DNA of 64,000 bases from Tubiluchus corallicola (taxonomy: Eukaryota; Animalia; Priapulida), in assembly GCA_030141605.1 (NCBI GenBank), contig JAQGDQ010000536.1, forward strand, positions 85,216 to 149,215, read 5' to 3'. Under the pieces are notes generated by a model. The model was not told the DNA's origin, did no database searches, and worked only from the letters and a program-made list of their open reading frames with translations. Positions within the stretch are counted from its first letter, which is position 1. Each line of letters opens with the position of its first letter. The position numbers were made by a program, and so were the translations under genes. Shown here one piece after another: positions 55,329-64,000 of the stretch.

Positions 55329-55583
55329 ATGAAAGAGATTATGGGGAGGAACCGGATGCGTGCTTTAGTGATAGTTGGTTGTGTCGTCATCGCATTACTC
55401 ATCAATCTGGACGGTGTGAACAGCGGAAAAATCACAGACAAAATGTGTTCAAAACTTTGCCGGAGAGACGCTGGCACAGTGACAATGTGTGATTGTAAAC
55501 AGGCTCTTTGTAAGAGACTCTGTCCACTAGGAGAAGGCGGAAATCTTTGTCGCTGCGTTAGCGACGCCCTTATAATTGGATAG
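55329..55583 (+). CDS. Secreted cysteine-rich peptide precursor (8 Cys in the mature region)
   Basis: Signal-like MRALVIVGCVVIALLINLDGVNS followed by CSKLC-x9-CDC and CKRLC-x8-CRC. Upstream acceptor tttatag at 55297-55298 and a donor directly after the stop (TAG|gtaaat). Confidence 0.8.
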   Translation: MKEIMGRNRMRALVIVGCVVIALLINLDGVNSGKITDKMCSKLCRRDAGTVTMCDCKQALCKRLCPLGEGGNLCRCVSDALIIG

Positions 55584-56089
55584 GTAAATTTTACCATTGA
55601 TGGTGTTTATTTTAATTCATTTCCTTTTAACAATCGGGAAATTTCTTTCTAATAACTGATTGATTCCAGGAGGTATAATATTATAATAAATTACAGACTA
55701 TAAATTGATGATTAAAAAAAATAAATCCCACTTTTTAGAAGGAAGGAAAAACACGACGTTTCAAAACCATCGCTGTGCTTTATTTTCAAGTGAAAAGATA
55801 AAAGATTTGGGTAAATAGATGAAACGACATCAATTTAATGATACTGATTTTATTTGCAAGGGACAATATTGAATAATTATGCGGCACGAAAAATAAATGG
55901 TTTCGGTAGTGACGAACTGACTAATTAACTGACAAATCTGTTTAAAAATATTGCACGTTGTATATATTTAAGTTTGTTAACTTTTTAATTTATTAACACA
56001 ATTCCGGTTTTTTTGTATTTGAGTGCAGAAATTTGCGAATAACTATTAAATATAAGTATATATAATGCTGTGCTCATAGCAAAATGACC

Positions 56090-56836
56090 TACAGAGGCTG
56101 CAATATCTTATTCCTTTAATTCAGGTTTGTCTCAGATCTTAGCTAAAATGTTAAATGTCTTGCAAATGGGAAAAATGTAAAAATAACTTAACAGTAAACT
56201 CGTTTCTGCAAAACTACAGAAGCCTCAATATCTTATTCCTTTAATTGAGGTTTGTCTAAGATCTTAGCTAAAATGTTACATGTCTTGCAAATAGGAAAAA
56301 TGTAAAAATAAATTAACAGTAAAATCGTTTCTGCAAAACTACAGAAGCCTCAATATCTTATTCCTTTAATTGAGGTTTGTCTAAGATCTTAGCTAAAATG
56401 TTACATGTCTTGCAAATAGGAAAAATGTGAAAATAAATTAACAGTAAAATCGTTTCTGCAAAACTACAGAAGCCTCAATATCTTATTCCTTTAATTGAGG
56501 TTTGTCTAAGATCTTAGCTAAAATGTTACATGTCTTGCAAATAGGAAAAATGTGAAAATAAATTAACAGTAACTCGTTTCTGCAAAACTACAGAAGCCTC
56601 AATATCTTATTCCTTTAATTGAGGTTTGTCTAAGATCTTAGCTAAAATGTTACATGTCTTGCAAATAGGAAAAATGTAAAAATAAATTAACAGTAACTCG
56701 TTTCTGCAAAACTACAGAAGCCTCAATATCTTATTCCTTTAATTGAGGTTTGTCTAAGATCTTAGCTAAAATGTTACATGTCTTGCAAATAGGAAAAATG
56801 TGAAAATAAATTAGCAGTAAAGTCGTTTCTGCAAAA
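56090..56836. repeat. 125-bp tandem repeat, about 6 copies
   Basis: Unit ctacagaagcctcaatatcttattcctttaattgagg...cgtttctgcaaaa. Lies in the putative 3'-UTR intron of the Cys-rich peptide gene. Confidence 0.95.
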
Positions 56837-57799
56837 TGATTTATGCTAAGGGTTTATGGCTAAGGTAATTCGATTATCGATGTCAATATTTCTCCCGTTT
56901 AACTCTTCATTTTTTCCAGGTTTGTATAGAAAGACTTCAAAAAGGAAAGTAGAATAGAGTCATTTTGCTACAGTCGGTCAACATTACGTCCAGTGGTGTC
57001 CAGTTGTGTCCAGGTGTTGTCAATGGTCATCGTCTCCATTATTGTAAACAAGGCTACGTCACATTTTTAAAGCCAAATTATAGCATCGTTGTTGCGTCGT
57101 CAGAGATTTTGTCATCAATAATTCTTTTATCATGAGTATCACAACTTTATTTATTCATTTATCTAAAGTTTATTTCAGTTAAACAAAATGCTATATAAAA
57201 GTTGAAATTTACACTAAAAACTAAGAAATACTACTTGTCGCGTGATACTAAAGAGCTAAAAAAATTATAAAAACGAGAATATGCACAGAATTTAAAAATG
57301 TAAAGCACCAGTTAAAAAAGTCAGCCATTTCCTCAGCACTAAACCATGAAATCTTCGAAATATTCTACTACAAAATCTCACATCAGTTTAGTGACATAAT
57401 TGCTTAATTATTTTTCACAAGTAACTAAAGCAGGCCATCGTTGTGACTTAGTCACGTGAATGTTGTTATTTTTCATTTTGCTTTTAATTGTGATGTAACT
57501 TCATCTTGTGTTTTCAGTTTGTAATTATCCCATTGGAGCAAATTGGATGGATTTAGGTGTTTTCTAACTTAAGCTAAATTAATATAAATTCTGTGATAAA
57601 CTGCTTTTGTATATTTAAATCGAGATGTATTTCTTAATATTAGGGTTTATTTATGTGCATTTATAGACGGTTGCGTATTTGTTGTTACACAAATGCTAAT
57701 ATTGAGTAAACACTGAGTACTAGAGTGTATCTCCACAAGAATGGCTCTACGTATTAAACAATCAATTAATCAAACGATTCATCTATAAGTCAGAAAGTG

Positions 57800-58165
57800 G
57801 GTGTTTGAGAGCGTGCGTGAGTGCATGAGCGAGTGAGCAAGTAAGTGAGTGAATTTGTGAGCGAGCAAGAGAGTGGGTGATAGAGTGTGTGCGTGTGTGC
57901 GTGAGTGCATGAGCGAGCAAGTGAGTGAGTGAATGGGTGAGCGAATGCTTGAGAGATCGCATGAGAGAGTGACTGAGCGAATGAGTGAGTGAGTGAATAA
58001 GTGCGTGAGTGAGGGTGTGAGTGGGTAGTGAGTGACTGAGTGAGTGCGTGAGTGAATAAGTGAGTGAGTGAGTGAGTGAGTGAGTGAGTGAGCGAACGAG
58101 TGCGTGCATGAGTGAGTCAGTGAGTCAGTGAGTGAGTCAGTGAATGAGTGAGTCAGTGAATGACT
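57800..58165. repeat. Degenerate (GAGT)n
   Basis: Direct inspection. Confidence 0.9.
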
Positions 58166-58594
58166 TAACGAGTGCGTGGTTTTATTTTATTTATCGCTTA
58201 TACCAAACAAACGAATATCGCTCATATTCAACATACATACCGACAATAAATAACAGTTCATAATATACACACACATAATTTACAAGTTACACTACTATAC
58301 AAGATTTACAGTGAGCGAGTGAGTGCGTCAGTGAAAGGTAATACTTTCATTAAAGTGATAATCCAGTAGCTGCTATAATAAATATGAGAGCTAATACGAT
58401 GAATATACTACAACAATCTAGCCGGTTATATTATTGTTAACTTTAACAATCTCACGTTATCATTAATAATTTTAGTATCTATCACCACTGGATCAATGGA
58501 TCAATAACATAAACATAATCGCAGAAATTCTGAATATGTTAATGTCAAAGGCATGTACATGTGTCTTAAAACTGTATGACAGATGCACAGTATG

Positions 58595-59030
58595 ACAAAT
58601 CCACTGAAGAAACCTGTGTTTCGATATGACGTCAACAATTCCAAAATTTCGGCGCTAAATTTCAAGAAATTGCTTTCCAGCGTAAATTGATCTTGATTAA
58701 AGGATACGTAGACTTAAACCTGCTACATGGAAATTCTGTAGTTTGCTTAAAAATCAAGAAAGTGTCTCTAGCATTTTGGAAAAGTAGGCGTAAAACAGAG
58801 ACACTTTCTTGATTTTTAAGCAAAATACAGAATTTCCATATAGCAGATTCAACTCTGCACGTCGTTTAATCAAAATCAATTTACAATTCCCCCGTTCCTT
58901 TTGGGCATTTTTATTATTCAAACAATTGTGAATGGACTATATTCAATTGACACAGGAACGAAATTTAGTGCCGAAATTTTGGAATTGTTGATGCCATATT
59001 GAAACATTGGTTAACTCAGTGGATCAGTCA
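58595..59030. mobile_element. Foldback (palindromic) element
   Basis: Arms such as ATGGAAATTCTGTAGTTTGCTTAAAAATCAAGAAAGTGTCTCT / AGAGACACTTTCTTGATTTTTAAGCAAAATACAGAATTTCCAT and TCAACAATTCCAAAATTTCGGC / GCCGAAATTTTGGAATTGTTGA flank a loop of about 27 nt. Confidence 0.8.
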
Positions 59031-59461
59031 AGTAATGCTATCAGTTATATCTGCACCTTCAGGAGTTTTTTATTTTTTTACTAAAATGAAACAGGTTTAT
59101 TGATTTTATGATCAATATGAGCATTATTGCTTGGACAACACAAGAACACAATAACGCAGATCAACATAAGATCAGTCATGCTTGGTTTTTATTTTCTATT
59201 TTTAGTGTGGCAGTCCTAATTTTAGATGTTACACAATCACTTGTAGCAACTTCTAAACTTAGATCAGCACCAATTAATTAAACATTGTAATGATTAACTA
59301 CGCAAAAATCTAATAAAAAATAATAATTATATAAGTACTGTATATGTTCATAGCCAAAAAAACAAGCCTGTCGACCTATTTACTAAGCTGTCGCAATGTG
59401 AAATACAACTTATGTCATGCAACAACGAAATCCTAGGTTAAAATAACAACTAAAAAGCAAT

Positions 59462-59827
59462 ATTTATAGTTAAAACACCACAACTTTATTAAAATTTTTA
59501 ATTTACATAGTTAAAAAATCATGTCAAACTTTTCAAAAGAGTTACTACTATCGTCATCAGTGGTAAATTTTTACAAACATACAACCACTTTATATAGGCA
59601 GATCCTACAGAACATTATGCACTAATTGACAGAAGCCAAATGGAAGCCCTATTTAACATAATTACTGAATAATGTTCTATACTTAGACTCTGCCTATATA
59701 AACTGGTTGTATGTTTGTAAACATTTACCTCTGATGATGACAGCAGTAGCTACTCGAAACGTTTGACATGATTTTTTAACTGTGTAAATTAAAAGTTCAA
59801 TAAAGATGTGGTAGTTTAACTATAAAT
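59462..59827. mobile_element. Inverted pair of the same Penelope-like terminal repeat
   Basis: 59462-59627 is roughly the reverse complement of 59670-59827, and both match 27980-28245. Confidence 0.65.
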
Positions 59828-61400
59828 GTTTTCAAATACTATAATATAATACAGTATAATATAGTATGGTATAGTATAATATAATATAATATAAGTAACA
59901 CATATAAAATTAGGTATCTTCACACACCAAGTCATCTGTTTCACTTAGAAGCTTTTCACTTTGTTTTATTCTTTTCTTGTATCTTTGAGATTCTTATAGA
60001 TTTTTATTTATTTTCAAATTCTCTATCATGTGCATATTTCTCCTCGTTTGCAATATAGTAACTTGCAATGATTTTCCAATTTTGAATTGCTATTTACCTA
60101 AATAACCAACAACAAATCGTCAATTTATTGACTCTTATAATAATTACTATTTACTGTTACTGCTACTAATAATTATTATTTCTTGTTACCAAATACTAAG
60201 TAATTAGTATATATGTTTGTTATCACTAATTAAGAAAAAATGCGGGGTGAAGTGGAATGAAAGGGCAAAGTGAAATGTTTCTCTCATTTCAAGTATATGT
60301 CACATGTGATGTCAGTTTATGCTTTAAATAATTCCCGAGAGATGTCTCTACAAATGCCATCGTTTGATCCACGTGTTCATCTGCAGAAAAGTTCGTAATG
60401 ACGATGTTTCATTTTTCATTTTTTCTACCGTTCTTATAACATCTGAGTTAGCTAGGTGTAGGAATGTGATACTACTGTAAAGGTTTTCAGAATTGTAATC
60501 ATCATTTTTAAAATAGACAAATGTTTAAAAAAATTTTGCATTAATTTCTCAATTAGTTGGCCTTAGCCTGGATCAACGAGAAAAGATTGTCGGAGCGACC
60601 ATGACATCGGGCAAAGTGAAATGGGGGCAGAGAGGAAATATTTCAATTTGGCTCAGCGAAACTGTGCCATATAGACAACTAATTTAAATATCCATTTCAT
60701 AATTATAATGCAACATTAAAATGTGTTATTGATGCTAAGAATGGTGGAGAACTGCTAACTCGTGGACATGGTAACCCTTGTCATAGGTGTATCACATATC
60801 CAAATTTTATCTTGCACAGAGAAGCAGTCAGGGTTTACAGGCACACAAATAAGCAGTACTCTTGGTTTCACGAATTCAAGTGAATTAGGAAAGTGAGGCG
60901 TAATTTATACTAAACAGGGGATGTTCTCTTCCCTGTTCAATATCAATTATTTCTGTAAAAGAATTTAGCACAATCACCTATTAAAAACTGTTTTAACCTA
61001 GAATCATTCATTTCACTTTGCCGTTATACTTGGGCAAAAGGATGAAAAAACAAGGTTCAAAATGAAGAGCCGAAGTGCTACTGTAATGATAAGAAGCAGG
61101 AAAGACAGCGTCACTAATGAACAGATGGGCAATGCTGTACACCTTTTCACTAATTAGATATAAGCAAAATGGCTTAGCACCTTCCACTTTGCCGCATTTT
61201 CCTTTACCTTGCAAATTTCTTCCTAATTAATAAACCAGTTAATATTGGTTTTCACATACTATTATAGGCCTATTTAAAACTATTCAAAACTATTATAGTA
61301 TTAAAAACTACTCGCCTACTGCATATTCTACATTATCTGTAGTAGGTCTACATAAAAACTAGCGAATATGCTAAATAATTTTAATTTGGTGATGAGTTTT

Positions 61401-61523
<123 letters not shown>

Positions 61524-62804
61524 TTAAACAGTTATGTTACTAATAAACATTAGTAACGTTGTTGTAATTCAATCAGTCAGAAATTATCTATATTAAACAT
61601 TATCATCATCATCATCATCATATGCCCATTACGTCTATTGTAGACATCGGGTGGACAGAACTTTAAAATAAAAGAAATCTGCCCTTAAGACAGGAAAACA
61701 CAGCAGTTAATCCACCAGAAAAACTAGACTCCACTGTGCTAGTGGCTTATCAGCACCACTTCTGAGTAATTAAACATTATCCATGGAAATATCGGTTTAC
61801 AAAAATTGGGGAGTCCTTGGAAATGAAAGGAAACGAATACATTATTGCAATTTTAATGATATGAGCAAAAAAACAGTACTTCTTATATTGAAGGCGTTTG
61901 CAACCAAATACGGAAGTTTTAATTAATTGTTTAAAAGTTTGTGACATTACAACTTTCCGAATTCTTTAAATTTGAACAACACAACCTTTCAAATTTTTAC
62001 TTTCGTTTTAAAACTTTGCTTGTGCAAGAAAAAATTATAAAAACACCAAAACGCAGAAAACGTGTTGTAGGTCTACAATATCATATAATTTTTTTTCAGA
62101 AGTTACTTACTTAGAAACACATTTCAGCTCAACTGATTAAAACTCAATTGTGTAAACAAAACTTTATATTATTTATTATACGTTTTTAATACAAATTCAA
62201 AAGTTGAATTGCGCACTTCAGTTTTGTGCAGAAAATCTTTTTATTAAAATTTTTGGAAGTTCTAAATTGATTCTTTGATTTTAGCACTCTGAAATCTGTT
62301 AAATTAAACTTCTGCTTACCGAAAATATTATAATTACTTAGCGCGAGGATGTAAAAGCATAGAATATTTTTCAATTGGTAGAGTGTGTTAACTGAATGAA
62401 AGATGTCGTCTTAGTATAAAATAATTCATTAAGATTCTGAAATGTTTCTAAAGTATCCTATCTGTATCGTCATCCCATCATCCTAATATCAAATTAAAAT
62501 TGAAAGTTTTACAGTAACAAGTATTTGTAAAATTTCTCGCATTTTAACTCATTCAATTGAAATCTGACTTTCAAAGATTAACTTTGTGAAACGTTCTAGA
62601 ATTTTTGTAAGTGATTGTGTATTTTCATAGTATTTGTCAAAGTACATTCGTTTAGATGATTTTATTTTTGATTTAAATTCCACTTAAGTTGAATTATCTT
62701 CATTACTTCACGAAAGCATAACCTAACTTAACATATTTTATCTCACTCCATTATTGCATCTTTTATTTAGCTTAATATGACTTCACTTATTTTGACTTTG
62801 TTAC

Positions 62805-63042
62805 CTTTTCTTATAAAATGTGAAACATCAAAATCATAATGATCTTCAATTTCTTCATCAGTGAATCGACTGGTTCCATGCTTGCATTTATACATGTTTT
62901 TAAGCATAACATCTTTTCCAAACTCGTCCATCATTTTCTTCGCTCCTTCAAAGCTGCTTTCTTCACTGATGATTTTCAACTCTTTTTCTGTTAAATCCAC
63001 ATTCAGAAAAGCTGCAACTTTGCGAATACATTTATCTCGATT
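62805..63042 (-). CDS. Cytosolic sulfotransferase (SULT family), penultimate exon
   Basis: Encodes NRDKCIRKVAAFLNVDLTEKELKIISEESSF...HFIRK(G). Acceptor attacag, donor G|gtaaca. 238 nt, phase 0 to 1. Upstream exons lie outside the window or were not seen. Confidence 0.9.
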
Positions 63043-64000
63043 CTGTAATCAATTTAACAAAATAAAAATAAATCTTCTTCTTGGCCCACTAGTGCACCTA
63101 AGGTATGATAAAAGGAATACTCCATGTAGTTCTGCATTAAAATAAAAATATAACTGACAAGGCGCTGTTATTATGTTATTATTGGTAGCTGACAGAGGTT
63201 TGTATTGCATCTCACGTATAAACAATGTGAGTGCTGGAATGCACTGATAGTCTAATGGAGGTCACTTTTGGTCACTCTTAAGTTTTAAATTGGAACTGTT
63301 TTTACATTGTATATGACGGTGTTATTTTGCAAAGAAAGTTTGGAATTTTGTGCATTTTACCAGTTAGACGACACAAACAAAATTCGTTTCTTAGTTATGG
63401 CAGCTTTTGTATTCGGTTACCACATATCACATTTCACTTTGTAGCAAGCACTGTTTACAAATTCAGCATCGTAGCAGTTACGAGGTATCCAAGCATTCCA
63501 TTGTTGGCAATGTTGTTTAACGTGGATTTTTCAAAGTTTAAAAAAAGTAAAAAAATAACTAATGCATATTCACCCACTTAAAAATTACCGATTTATTCTC
63601 ATGCTAGGTATTTTTTGTATCTATAGAGAAATTGGCCCAATCCTGTGTCTGTATGTACTGACTTAACATGTCAGGAGATAACTTTCAATAGTTCTTAGGC
63701 CAGGGAAGTAAGTTTTTTGTGTGTTCAAGTTGCAACAGTTATGACATTGCACACGTTGGCTAAACATCTATACAATTAGCAATTAATCAGCAAAAAGCTC
63801 TCTATTTAAAACTTGTGCAGAACATTGTAAATGGAGGGAGCATAAAAGAAACGCAGTTTCCAAACAGTATCAATGCCAAACAGTCTACAGAATTTTTCAA
63901 CAATGAATAAATTCACATGTAGGAGAAGGAAAACCATATTTAACCAAAAAACAGGAGACTAGTCATATAAACTTCACAAATTTGGTTATTGTGGTGTCTA

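Overview
AT-rich, microsatellite- and transposon-dense metazoan genomic DNA, probably from an invertebrate; the species cannot be identified from the sequence. (1) A minus-strand type II membrane M1 zinc aminopeptidase (aminopeptidase N-like) gene starts at the ATG at 39826 and runs off the left edge. All exon phases join by hand splicing. The exon carrying the active-site xxMEN and HExxH motifs is present twice in tandem (10428-10582 and 8549-8703). Both copies are 155 nt, phase 1 to 0, intact and only 18/52 aa identical. Including both or skipping both gives a premature stop, so they look like mutually exclusive catalytic-site exons. This is the main finding. (2) A candidate two-exon, single-TM orphan gene lies antisense inside the 21-kb first intron of the peptidase. 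(3) A plus-strand secreted 8-Cys peptide gene (55329-55583) has two tandem CxxxC...CxC modules. (4) The last two exons of a minus-strand cytosolic sulfotransferase are present, with an enlarged cap loop. The rest is a 5S rRNA pseudogene, TTAA-flanked MITEs, a MITE carrying telomere-like repeats, Penelope-type ends with hammerhead-like cores, LINE fragments, minisatellites and simple repeats. Most ORFs in the track are microsatellite artefacts.
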